Source of the DNA: an uncultured delta proteobacterium
Lineage (GTDB): Bacteria; Desulfobacterota; Binatia; UBA9968
Assembly (NCBI GenBank): GCA_963760795.1
Contig: CAVXEP010000022.1
Span: 128,001-192,000, forward strand
Direction: 5' to 3'
Length of the DNA: 64,000 nt
Shown here: piece by piece, positions 1 to 8,897 of the stretch
How positions within the stretch are numbered: the stretch's first letter is position 1
Layout of the letters: each line of letters starts with the position of its first letter
Made by a program: the position numbers and the translations under genes
The notes under the pieces: generated by a model
Databases searched by the model: none
The model's input: the letters and a program-made list of their open reading frames with translations, nothing else
Told to the model about the DNA's origin: nothing

Positions 1-351
1 TTTAAGATTGGTGCCGATGACTTGATCCCAATCGCTTGACTTCATGCGCATCAGCAAACTATCCGCGGTGACCCCGGCATTGTTGACCAGGATATCGAGG
101 GTTTTATGCGCGTCGACGATATTTTTAACCGCGACTGCAACCTGGGTCTCATCGGCTATGTCGAAAGCACTGAGCTCGCCGTTACCACTAGCGGCCTGCA
201 ATAAGCTAAGCGTCTCTTCCGCCGCTGGCTGGTTGACTTTGTAATTGATCACCACATGGGCGCCGGCTTGGCCGAGGGCCAGTGCAATCGCCCTACCGAT
301 TCCCCGGCTAGCGCCGGTGACCAACGCGATCTGACCTTGAAGATTTGCCAT
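1..351 (-). CDS. fabG: 3-oxoacyl-ACP reductase, N-terminal part (runs off the window)
   Basis: Manual translation from ATG at 351 gives MANLQGQIALVTGASRGIGRAIAL...LVNNAGVTAD, with SDR TGxxxGIG and NNAG motifs; lies directly downstream of fabD. Confidence 0.93.
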   Translation of the reverse strand, partial: MANLQGQIALVTGASRGIGRAIALALGQAGAHVVINYKVNQPAAEETLSLLQAASGNGELSAFDIADETQVAVAVKNIVDAHKTLDILVNNAGVTADSLLMRMKSSDWDQVIGTNLK

Positions 352-352
352 G

Positions 353-1288
353 CTAAGCGACTTTCAGGTTTGGCAGATCCTGCGGCGTTTCGAAATTACC
401 GGTTTCCAGCGCCGGCGCGATACGCTTGTTCAAGCCCTTGAGCACCTTGCCGGGGCCGATTTCCAAGGCGCGTTGACAGCCCAACGCGGACAGCTGCTTA
501 ACCGACTCTTCCCAGCGCACCGGCCGCACCGCTTGTTCGACGAGCAGATCTTTGACGCGCTGGCAGTTGCGATTGACCGCCGCTTCGACATTGGTCACCA
601 CACCGATCGTAAATGGATTGACCGTAATGTTTTGCAAGACTTGCCTCAGGCCATCGGCCGCGGGCCGCATGAGCTCGCAATGAAACGGCGCGCTCACCGG
701 TAAGTCGAGGGCGCGCTTGGCACCACGCTCCTTGGCCAAGGCCATGGCACGAACCACAGCATTCTTAGCGCCGGCGATGACAATTTGCCCGCCGCCGTTA
801 TAATTGGCTGGTGCGACGACTTCGTTCTGGCTGGCGTCGACACAGAGACTGCGCACGGCATCCATCTCCAAACCGAGGATCACCGCCATAGCCCCCTGAC
901 CGGCGGGCACCGCCTGCTGCATCAACCGGCCGCGCGCGCGGACAACTGTCACCGCGTCACGAAACGCCAACGCGCCGACCGCCACCAATGCGCTGTACTC
1001 ACCAAGGCTATGGCCCGCGACATAGGCCGGGCGCAGATCAGTTTCCGCTTCGAGCACGCGCAGCGCGGCAACCGACATAGTGAGAATCGCCGGCTGGGTA
1101 TTTTCGGTGAGCTTTAAATCAGCATCAGGTCCGGTAAAACACAACCGGCTTAGGGAAAAGCCGAGAGCCTCGTCGGCTTCGGCAAACACCTGCTTCGCGG
1201 CGCTGAACTGATCGCAAAGATCCTTGCCCATACCGACGCTTTGCGAGCCCTGGCCGGGAAACACGAACGCTATATTACTATTCACCAC
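353..1288 (-). CDS. fabD: Malonyl-CoA:ACP transacylase
   Basis: FVFPGQGSQ, GHSLGEY and VSAPFH motifs; GTG start after a GGAGG RBS (the ORF track starts at 1312). Confidence 0.96.
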   Translation of the reverse strand: MVNSNIAFVFPGQGSQSVGMGKDLCDQFSAAKQVFAEADEALGFSLSRLCFTGPDADLKLTENTQPAILTMSVAALRVLEAETDLRPAYVAGHSLGEYSALVAVGALAFRDAVTVVRARGRLMQQAVPAGQGAMAVILGLEMDAVRSLCVDASQNEVVAPANYNGGGQIVIAGAKNAVVRAMALAKERGAKRALDLPVSAPFHCELMRPAADGLRQVLQNITVNPFTIGVVTNVEAAVNRNCQRVKDLLVEQAVRPVRWEESVKQLSALGCQRALEIGPGKVLKGLNKRIAPALETGNFETPQDLPNLKVA

Positions 1289-2396
1289 CGCGCCTCCGTC
1301 GGTCATCGCCAACCCCAGGCTCGGTCTTATCTCCCAATAATTCGATTTTTGACTTAACCCGTTCCCAAAGCTTGCGCGGTAGACCGTCTTTCTTGGCGCC
1401 CTCGGCGTTTTCTACCTCGCCCAAGGCATGGGCAATATGGCGATTCATCTCATGGTCGACGGCATCGCGCGCCAAACGAATCGCGCTCTTGATCGCCAGT
1501 GGACTGGAGCCGCCATGGGCGACGATCGCCACGCCGTCCAATCCGATCAGCGGCGCGCCGCCATACTCGGCGTAATCCAATCTTCGATAAGCCGTGCGCA
1601 ACGAATTGCGGCTCATCAGGTATCCGACCTTACTGGAAAGATTATGTTGAAAAGCGCCTTTGAGAATTTCGCCGGCAAAACTCGCCACGCCTTCCATGGT
1701 CTTAAGCGCAACATTGCCGGTGAACCCGTCGCACACCACGACGTCGACCTTGCCGTTAAAAATGTCCCGCCCCTCGACGTAGCCGATATAATTGAGTGCG
1801 GTGGCGCCCAGCAGCGCGCTGGCGGCGCGGGTCAATTCCGTGCCCTTGCTCGCCTCTTCGCCATTGCTCAACACGCCAACCCGCGGCTTGGTCACGCCTA
1901 GGACGGTTTCGGCATAGATCGACCCCATGAGACCAAAATGCAACAGATGTTTGGGTTTACAATCGACATTGGCGCCAGCATCGACGATTACCGTGCCCCT
2001 GCCAAGACTCGGAGCGACGACCAGAATCGCCGGCCGCGCCACCTGTGAAAGTGTGCCCATGACAAACATGCCGAGTGCCATCATCGCACCGGAGTTGCCG
2101 GCGCTGACCACCGCATCGGCGTCGCCGCGCTTCATCATTTCGAAAGCGACCCGCATGGATGAATCTTTTTTCCGCAGTGCGATGCTGGGGGATTCCTGCA
2201 TCGGCACCACTTCGGATGCCGGCGCGATGGCTATTTGCGGGGCACCAGGGTGCTCGGCGAGTTCCGCCGCGATAGTGTCGGGCGGACCGACCAGGACAAT
2301 TTCAACGCCGAGTTGTTGACGGGCGAGCAACACCCCTTCGATTACAACTCCGGGGGCTCGGTCTCCGCCCATCGCGTCAACGGCGATCTTCGGCAT
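1278..2396 (-). CDS. plsX: Phosphate acyltransferase PlsX
   Basis: IAVDAMGGD, SAGNSGA, DAGAN, DGFTGN and HGGS motifs; synteny with rpmF and fabD. Confidence 0.96.
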   Translation of the reverse strand: MPKIAVDAMGGDRAPGVVIEGVLLARQQLGVEIVLVGPPDTIAAELAEHPGAPQIAIAPASEVVPMQESPSIALRKKDSSMRVAFEMMKRGDADAVVSAGNSGAMMALGMFVMGTLSQVARPAILVVAPSLGRGTVIVDAGANVDCKPKHLLHFGLMGSIYAETVLGVTKPRVGVLSNGEEASKGTELTRAASALLGATALNYIGYVEGRDIFNGKVDVVVCDGFTGNVALKTMEGVASFAGEILKGAFQHNLSSKVGYLMSRNSLRTAYRRLDYAEYGGAPLIGLDGVAIVAHGGSSPLAIKSAIRLARDAVDHEMNRHIAHALGEVENAEGAKKDGLPRKLWERVKSKIELLGDKTEPGVGDDRRRRGGE

Positions 2397-2414
2397 AGCT
2401 GGCGGAAAGGAAAT

Positions 2415-2597
2415 TTAGGTGTTTTCGGTTTGGATCACGGCGCGGCCGCGGTAAAAGCCGCAGTGAGCACAGGCGCGATGGGGCAACACCGTCTCGCCGC
2501 AGTTAGCGCAGGCACTCCATTGCGGCGCGGTCAAATGGTCATGGGCACGGCGTTGGTTTTTCACTCGTTTCGAAGTGCGTCTTTTAGGTACCGGCAT
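2415..2597 (-). CDS. rpmF: 50S ribosomal protein L32 (Zn-ribbon type)
   Basis: MPVPKRRTSK...RRAH, CxxC...HRACxxCGFY. Confidence 0.97.
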   Translation of the reverse strand: MPVPKRRTSKRVKNQRRAHDHLTAPQWSACANCGETVLPHRACAHCGFYRGRAVIQTENT

Positions 2598-2655
2598 TTG
2601 ATTCGTCCTATCTTTCCCTGCCTCTGGCGGCAGCTACTTTTTAAAAAACAATATT

Positions 2656-3192
2656 TCAACTGCCCAGTTTTAACGTCCGAAACACCGCCATGCGCGGATC
2701 CCCCGTCGGCGACGCGCAGGAGCAGGATTCACCGTTGAGATTGATCCCACAAGTGCTGCACAGACCGCGGCAGTTCTCGCCACACAACGGTTGCGTCGGC
2801 AACGCCAAGATCGCCTGCTCGGCGATCAACGGCGACAGATCGATCTCGTCCCCCGAGTAATAGCTCAATGCCAAATCGTCGCGATGGAGCTCTTCAGCTT
2901 TGCGCCCGGCTTTGGCCCGATCGGGGATCAGCACGAATTCAAAGGGCTGATCTAAGTTAAACATAAATTCTTCGGCACAACGCCCACACAAGCCGCGCAA
3001 TTGGCCGCTCAACCGTCCGTCAAAAAACAAATCGGCCGCCGCACGATAGTAGCGAAGTTCGACCTCCAAGGACGCGGGAAAGCCAAATTCACGGACGCTG
3101 CTTTGGCTATAAATTTTATTGAGTTCCTCACCACTTTCGGAGAATGCGATCTCTTTGGGGGTTTGAGGAATCTCGTCGATGGAGATTTTCAT
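2656..3192 (-). CDS. DUF177/YceD family protein
   Basis: CGRC and LCxxxCRGLCxxCGxNLN...C...DPR motifs; canonical position upstream of rpmF. Confidence 0.92.
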   Translation of the reverse strand: MKISIDEIPQTPKEIAFSESGEELNKIYSQSSVREFGFPASLEVELRYYRAAADLFFDGRLSGQLRGLCGRCAEEFMFNLDQPFEFVLIPDRAKAGRKAEELHRDDLALSYYSGDEIDLSPLIAEQAILALPTQPLCGENCRGLCSTCGINLNGESCSCASPTGDPRMAVFRTLKLGS

Positions 3193-3407
3193 CGGCGATA
3201 ATGCGGGCCAATTAGTAGTTATTCAATATCGGCAATCCCTCGGGATGTCAAGCCGAGTGCTCCTGACAGTGACTCAAAAGTGCATGATTTATTCAGCACT
3301 TCCACGATAATTACGGAGTCGCACCGAGGCTCCGCAGAGAAACTTGCAGCGGCCGTCATCGGCTTGTGAATTCATCGCCATTTTGTTAACCAGTTTTTGT
3401 CCGGCCC

Positions 3408-3638
3408 ATGAACATCCCCACCCACTTTCACGACCATTGGCGTGGCAAGCGCGATAAGTCCTGCGATCGCGTGCTGCGTACCGACTTTGCCGCGATGGTA
3501 TACAACAAGATCGGCCTGCGCTCGATTTCACCTGCCCCAATCGCGATGGCAACGTCGCCGTGGGCGATTCAACGCGAACTGATACGCCGCGACGGCTGGC
3601 CACAGCCGGCTCTATACAAAGCCAGAATTTCGGACTAG
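3408..3638 (+). CDS. Possible small hypothetical protein (76 aa)
   Basis: ATG-initiated ORF filling the gap before the S1C gene in the same orientation; no recognisable motif. Confidence 0.25.
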   Translation: MNIPTHFHDHWRGKRDKSCDRVLRTDFAAMVYNKIGLRSISPAPIAMATSPWAIQRELIRRDGWPQPALYKARISD

Positions 3639-3671
3639 CCTACCGAGCATATCCAGCGAAGGAGTAGAACT

Positions 3672-4574
3672 TTGAACGGCCATATTGGATTGATTCATTC
3701 GCTCGTACCGGCGACGGTCGATTTGCAGGTCTCCATACCGGAGAGCCACCCATCGGCGCGCAATCTTGGCGCTGAACGGGTCGGTTCGGGCACCATCATC
3801 GATCCCAGCGGCTACATTCTCACGGTTCACTATGTAACCATCGGCGCCGCGTCGATCACCGTCACCCTGCCCGATGGTGAAGAGTATCCAGGACAGGTTG
3901 TCGGGCAAGACCAAGAGTCGGGTCTGTCGTTGGTCAAAATTCCCGGACGCGATCTGCCCTTTCTCAAAATGGCGGCGGCGGACTCGCTGGCTCTCGGCCA
4001 AGAGGTGGTCATGGTCGCCAGCAGCGGTAAAGTCGGCCGGCGCGTCAGCGGCGGCTATGTCAGCTCCATGGCTGGTTACGACGGCGAATGGGAATACATG
4101 ATCGACAAATCGATCCGCGTGACCGCGTTTAATCCCGGGTTTGGCGGCGGCACTTTGGCCAATTTCAAGGGCGAACTGGCGGGCATCGTCTCGCTCAACT
4201 TAAACGAGGTCGGCAAGTTCACGATGGCGATCCCCGTCGCATACTACCAAACCTATGAACAGGAGCTAAAACAGCATGGCCAGGTGCTTAGCCGGCCGCG
4301 CCGGCCTTGGCTGGGAATCTATACTCAGGGTGTCGCCGGCCTGGTGGTCATCGTCAATGTAACCGGCAACGGACCGGCGGCCAAATACGGCCTCAAAGCC
4401 GGCGATGTGATCTTATCGGTGGAAAACAACAAGATCCGTTCCCGCCAGGAGCTTTACCGAGAGATGTGGAAAAAGCGTCCGGGAGAACGGATCTTGTTTC
4501 GCGTTATCCGCGATGACGAAGCCGTCGATGTCGAAGTGATCGGCGGCGACCGCGCCGATCGTTACCGCACCTAG
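3672..4574 (+). CDS. HtrA/S1C trypsin-like protein with a C-terminal PDZ domain, probably catalytically inactive
   Basis: GSGTII..GYILTVHYV, PWLGI and GPAAKYGLKAGDVI; the Ser motif reads NPGFGGG; GAAGGAG RBS before a TTG start. Confidence 0.85.
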   Translation: MNGHIGLIHSLVPATVDLQVSIPESHPSARNLGAERVGSGTIIDPSGYILTVHYVTIGAASITVTLPDGEEYPGQVVGQDQESGLSLVKIPGRDLPFLKMAAADSLALGQEVVMVASSGKVGRRVSGGYVSSMAGYDGEWEYMIDKSIRVTAFNPGFGGGTLANFKGELAGIVSLNLNEVGKFTMAIPVAYYQTYEQELKQHGQVLSRPRRPWLGIYTQGVAGLVVIVNVTGNGPAAKYGLKAGDVILSVENNKIRSRQELYREMWKKRPGERILFRVIRDDEAVDVEVIGGDRADRYRT

Positions 4575-5047
4575 TCGTCGCCGCCGACTTTCTGAATCTC
4601 ACCCTTGCCGGTAATCTTGATCCCGAGCGCCGGCGTATAGGCGTCCGGTTCGTAATTGATCATGCCTTTGTCGGTGGCGGCGAGATCGCTCAGTTTCACG
4701 TTAGCGCCGGCTTTTTCGATTTTGGTTTTTTCATCGACCCCGACCACCTCTTCGCGCACTTTCCCTTTGCGCTCCATCTGGAACGTGATCGTCCGTTGGC
4801 CGACGGCGCTGATCACGCCTTCAACTTCGACAGCTTTGGTCTTGGTCGCCTTCACCGCTTCGGTCTTTGCACCATCGGCTTTTGCCGGGGCTGGAGCCGG
4901 AGCCGCCGCCGGCGGTTGCGGCGCCGATGCGGCCGGTTTTGGCGCTGGCGCAGCCGGTTTATCATCCACCGAGCTGCAGGCAAAGATGATTAAACTCGCA
5001 AACAGGGCGCCGCCAGACCAGGTTGCGCATTGAACTAACTTATTCAT
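4571..5047 (-). CDS. Hypothetical lipoprotein with a Pro/Ala linker and a small beta domain
   Basis: Lipobox-like IFAC, PA-rich linker, GAGGAGG RBS. Confidence 0.75.
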   Translation of the reverse strand: MNKLVQCATWSGGALFASLIIFACSSVDDKPAAPAPKPAASAPQPPAAAPAPAPAKADGAKTEAVKATKTKAVEVEGVISAVGQRTITFQMERKGKVREEVVGVDEKTKIEKAGANVKLSDLAATDKGMINYEPDAYTPALGIKITGKGEIQKVGGDD

Positions 5048-5202
5048 TCCCTTTCCTCCTCAAGCCCAAGAATCAAGATTGTTGTCCAAAATAATTCGCA
5101 ATAATTTCTTCAGCTTAAAACATACTTCCGTTTGAATTGTCAAGGCGATGGGACATCACCGACCTTTGAGAATCACGGCAAAAAGAACTATTTAATAATC
5201 TC

Positions 5203-5631
5203 ATGACGATAAATTTGACCAACCTCACGAGCTATCGGGTGATCTACGGCGACACCGACCAAATGGGCGTGGTTTATTACGCCAATTATCTGCGCTGGTT
5301 CGAACGCGGCCGTTCGGAGTTTTTGCGCCAGATTGGCTTACCCTACGCAACCATCGAAGCAGCCGGCCTCCACTTTCCAGTGGCCGAAGTCACCTGCCGC
5401 TATGCCCAGTCGGCGCGTTACGACGATGTCATCGACATCGCCACGACACTGGTCGACCTAAGCCGAGTCTATCTGGTTTTTGATTACCAAATTTCCCGCC
5501 AAGCCGACCAACTCAGCCTCGCCACGGGATCGACCAAGCACGCCTGCATCGACCACGAGGGCCAGGTGAAACGTCTTCCGAAAATGCTCTTGGACGCAGT
5601 CGAGGTAGCGACGCGAAATAGCCAGGACTAG
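5203..5631 (+). CDS. YbgC/4HBT-family acyl-CoA thioesterase
   Basis: RVIYGDTDQMGVVYYANYLRWFERGRSE hotdog-fold signature. Confidence 0.92.
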   Translation: MTINLTNLTSYRVIYGDTDQMGVVYYANYLRWFERGRSEFLRQIGLPYATIEAAGLHFPVAEVTCRYAQSARYDDVIDIATTLVDLSRVYLVFDYQISRQADQLSLATGSTKHACIDHEGQVKRLPKMLLDAVEVATRNSQD

Positions 5632-6791
5632 CGCAGCGTTTCGCCCTGTAACCGTGCGATCGCCGCGACAATCTCGGATCGTACTGCGTCGTCGCCTTCG
5701 AATTCCAAGCGGCGCTGGAGCGCGTCCCCCGCAGGGACGGTACCAATCTCTCCTAAAGCCCAAGCCGCATGACTGCGCACCAACGGTTCGCTATCGTCGA
5801 GTGTGGCGATCAACGCCGGCACCGCTTCTTGACATTTCAAGTTGCCAAGCGCCACCGCGACATTGCGTAAAAAGCCGCGGCGCTTGGCGCGCAGGATCGG
5901 ACTGCCACGGAAGCGCTGGCGGAATTCAGCTTCGGTCAACGACAGGAGCGGGATCAGTTGCGGCGCCAATAGGCCCGAGCGCGGACCGAACGCCGTCTCG
6001 GCGGTCGCCTGCGCTTTGACATTGTAAGGACAGACATCCTGGCAGATATCGCAGCCAAAAATGTGGTTCCCCACCAGCGGTCGCAGATGGCGCGGCATGG
6101 CGCCCTTGAGCTCGATGGTCAGATAAGAAATACAGCGGCGCGCATCGAGAACATAGGGCCCGACAAAGGCGTTGGTTGGGCAAGCTTTGAGACACAAATC
6201 GCATTGGCCGCAGCGGTCGCGCATCGGTCGGTCGTAGGCCAACGGTAGATCGACAAACAGCTCGCCGAGAAAAAACCACGAGCCCCGTTGCGGCGAAATC
6301 AAATGGGTGTTCTTGCCGATCCATCCGAGGCCGGCGACACCGGCGAAATCTCTTTCTAACACCGGTCCGGAATCGACAAAGGCGCGCCCTTCTATGGATT
6401 CGCCGCAAAGCGCACGAATGGTTTCGAGCAACCGCTCTAAGCGCGCTTTAATAATCTCGTGATAATCATCGCCCCAGGCATAGCGTGAGATCCAGCCCTC
6501 CGAGTTGTCCGGCATCGCCGGCCGGGCAAACGGCGTGTAGTAATTCATGCCGACGGAAATAATCGACTGCGCCCAGGGCACCAGCTCGTGGGGATCGCGG
6601 CGTAGCGCTTCGGTGCGGCTCAGGTAGCCCAGCTCGCCGGCAAAACCGTCGCGCAGCCAGCGCGCGAAGGATTCGCCGTGGGGCGGCAACTGAACCGGCG
6701 AGATGCCGGCGAGCGCGAAACCCAGTTCCTGCGCCGCCGCTTTAATATGAGCGGACAGAGTTGCGCGCGCAGTGTCGGGCGAAGAGTTCAT
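5628..6791 (-). CDS. queG: Epoxyqueuosine reductase with a C-terminal HEAT-like extension
   Basis: ISRYAWGDDYH, VDSGPVLER, GWIGKN, CGQCDLCLKACPT and GCDICQDVCPYN; start placed at ATG 6791. Confidence 0.95.
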   Translation of the reverse strand: MNSSPDTARATLSAHIKAAAQELGFALAGISPVQLPPHGESFARWLRDGFAGELGYLSRTEALRRDPHELVPWAQSIISVGMNYYTPFARPAMPDNSEGWISRYAWGDDYHEIIKARLERLLETIRALCGESIEGRAFVDSGPVLERDFAGVAGLGWIGKNTHLISPQRGSWFFLGELFVDLPLAYDRPMRDRCGQCDLCLKACPTNAFVGPYVLDARRCISYLTIELKGAMPRHLRPLVGNHIFGCDICQDVCPYNVKAQATAETAFGPRSGLLAPQLIPLLSLTEAEFRQRFRGSPILRAKRRGFLRNVAVALGNLKCQEAVPALIATLDDSEPLVRSHAAWALGEIGTVPAGDALQRRLEFEGDDAVRSEIVAAIARLQGETLR

Positions 6792-6838
6792 GAACCGAGA
6801 TTCGCGACGGTGCAGCGCTGTTGGCAACGACCATCGCC

Positions 6839-7022
6839 TAGCGCGGCGCAGCCGCAAGCAAAGTTAACAAGAAATTTCACCACAGAGTTCACAGAGCAGA
6901 AGATTTGCATTCGGAATATTTCCCGCCAAGCCAGCAAGGCCGCGAGTGATCTAAGAAAGATTTCCCCCAAGGGTCGAAATGACAACAATTCCGAACTTGG
7001 CGACTTTGCGACTTTGCGGGAG
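6839..7022. repeat. Mosaic intergenic repeat cluster (REP/BIME-like)
   Basis: Contains agcgcggcgcagccgcaa, ttcaccacagagttcacagag and ggtcgaaatgacaacaattccgaacttggcgactttgcg; the first and last modules recur inverted at 22544-22713. Confidence 0.7.
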
Positions 7023-7086
7023 GAACATCTGAATCCAAGAATTTGCCGCCAGCGAAATTCACACGGCGCAGATGGAACAGTCGCGC

Positions 7087-7530
7087 TCAGTGGTAGGATG
7101 TTTTGCTATCCGGCGCCGCGCTCACGTCGTCGAGCAACGTCTTGCGCCCAGCAAAGCCATCTTCGATTCGATGATAGTGCGCCACGCTGGCTTCGCCGAT
7201 CTGCCAACAGAGAAACACCACTTCCGAACCGAGCATGCAGGGAAAGTCAATCAATCCCTGCTCGACGCCTTTGCACACGCAGCCATGGCCGTTAATCGCC
7301 GTCACCCAATCCTTGATCTGCGTGACCAGTTTCAGGACCTCGCCATCCTCGCGCAATCGTTCCATCAGATTGGCCGCGTCGGGATCGAGCTGCTCGCGCC
7401 GAATCACCGCCTCGCTGACGCCCTTCAAGCGCCGGATATTTTCCAGGATTTGCTCCACCAGCGGCCGCAGCACCGGCAAGAGTCCGTTGGCTTCGTTGAC
7501 CGTGAAGAGTCGAGGAAAATTGGCGTCCAT
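7087..7530 (-). CDS. DUF2203 family protein
   Basis: RLFTVNEANGLLP...KGVEQGLIDFP....VFLCWQIGE...HYH...GFAGR pattern. Confidence 0.85.
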   Translation of the reverse strand: MDANFPRLFTVNEANGLLPVLRPLVEQILENIRRLKGVSEAVIRREQLDPDAANLMERLREDGEVLKLVTQIKDWVTAINGHGCVCKGVEQGLIDFPCMLGSEVVFLCWQIGEASVAHYHRIEDGFAGRKTLLDDVSAAPDSKTSYH

Positions 7531-7589
7531 GTATGGCTTCTTTCAAACTCTCGCCGGGCTGGGCGCGTTAAAGAACCCCGCGCCGGCGC

Positions 7590-8885
7590 TTACAGCTTCA
7601 TGCCTTCGCGGATTTTCCGCAGCAGCGCGATGTTGTCCGAGTGGCCGGTCATGCGCGCGTGAATCGCGCCGCGAATCGGCCGGCCGAGCAAATAGAAATC
7701 GCCGAGGATATCGAGAATCTTATGGCGCGCGAATTCGTCGGCGAAACGCAGCTCGGTGTTGACGATCTTCTCGTCGTCGATCAGGATAAAATTGCTCAAC
7801 CGTCCGCCGTTGGCCAGACCCATGGTTTGCAGCTTGGCGATGTCTTTGAGAAAGCCGAAGGTCCGCGCCGGTGCGATCTCCTCGCGAAACGATGCGGCGC
7901 CGCGATGACGATAGGTATACTGCTGTTCGCCGACCGGATTGGGATAGCACAGCTCATAGTGCACCGAGAAGCTCTCCGCCGGTTCGATGGCGATGGACTC
8001 GCCGCCCTTGGCTTCAACCCGATAGGCGCGGTCGATAACGATCTCAGCGGTTTCTTCATCTTCCTGCTGAATGCCGGCTTCGTCGATGGCCTGGCAAAAC
8101 TCCAGCGCCGAGCCGTCGAGAATCGGCACTTCGCCGTGAACTTTGATGAGCAGATTGCCGATCCCATAACTGTGCAGTACCGCGAGCAAGTGCTCGACGG
8201 TGCCAACGGCGAATCCTTGGGTACGCAATGAGGTCGCGTAACCGGTGGAGCCGACGTAGTCCAAATGCGCCGGCACCGTGACTTCGCCGGAAATACCGGT
8301 AAAGCGAATTCCGCTGTTGGGCGGCAACGGATGCAAAATCAAGCCGGTCTTCACGCCCGAATGGAGCCCTTGGCCGGATAGCACGACGCTTTTTTTCAAG
8401 GTCCTTTGCTTGACGTTGCTCGACGCCACGCCCACCGACGACGCGTCGCCGCCCTTAGTCGCGGCAGTCTTCCTCTTGGCTCGGCTTAGCTGGCCCAGGG
8501 TATTCGACGACTCACCCAAAGCGCGCTGCACGGTCAGGAGCAGGCCGTCCAGGGAAACCGGCTTTTCGAGAAAATCGAAGGCGCCGAACTTCGTCGCGGT
8601 CACCGCCGTGTGAATATTGCCATGACCGGAAATCATCACGACATTGAGGTCCGGCTCCTGAAACTTGATTTCCTTGAGCAAGCCGATGCCATCGACCTGA
8701 GGCATCCAGATGTCTAGTAAAACAAGCTCGGGCCGTTCTTTACGAATCAGGTCGAGCACTTGTGTGCCGTCGCGGGTATCGATGACGCGGTAGCCTTCGT
8801 CGCGCAGCGCTTCGCGCACCGACTCGCGCACATCGTCTTCGTCGTCGACGACTAAAATCGTTTTGTTAACCGCCAGCTCGTCCAC
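7590..8885 (-). CDS. lpxC: Fusion of an NtrX-like receiver domain and UDP-3-O-acyl-GlcNAc deacetylase LpxC
   Basis: aa ~9-123 form a REC domain (VDDE, LLDIWMP, SGHG, FLEKP); aa ~160-431 form LpxC (QRTL, GLHSG, TVEHL, PILDGSA, ARTFGF, RHKILD, GH). Confidence 0.93.
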   Translation of the reverse strand: MDELAVNKTILVVDDEDDVRESVREALRDEGYRVIDTRDGTQVLDLIRKERPELVLLDIWMPQVDGIGLLKEIKFQEPDLNVVMISGHGNIHTAVTATKFGAFDFLEKPVSLDGLLLTVQRALGESSNTLGQLSRAKRKTAATKGGDASSVGVASSNVKQRTLKKSVVLSGQGLHSGVKTGLILHPLPPNSGIRFTGISGEVTVPAHLDYVGSTGYATSLRTQGFAVGTVEHLLAVLHSYGIGNLLIKVHGEVPILDGSALEFCQAIDEAGIQQEDEETAEIVIDRAYRVEAKGGESIAIEPAESFSVHYELCYPNPVGEQQYTYRHRGAASFREEIAPARTFGFLKDIAKLQTMGLANGGRLSNFILIDDEKIVNTELRFADEFARHKILDILGDFYLLGRPIRGAIHARMTGHSDNIALLRKIREGMKL

Positions 8886-8897
8886 TCACCCTCCAAG

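Noticed and set aside
4840-4960. Low-complexity GC-rich repeat
   Set aside because: It encodes the Pro/Ala linker of the lipoprotein.
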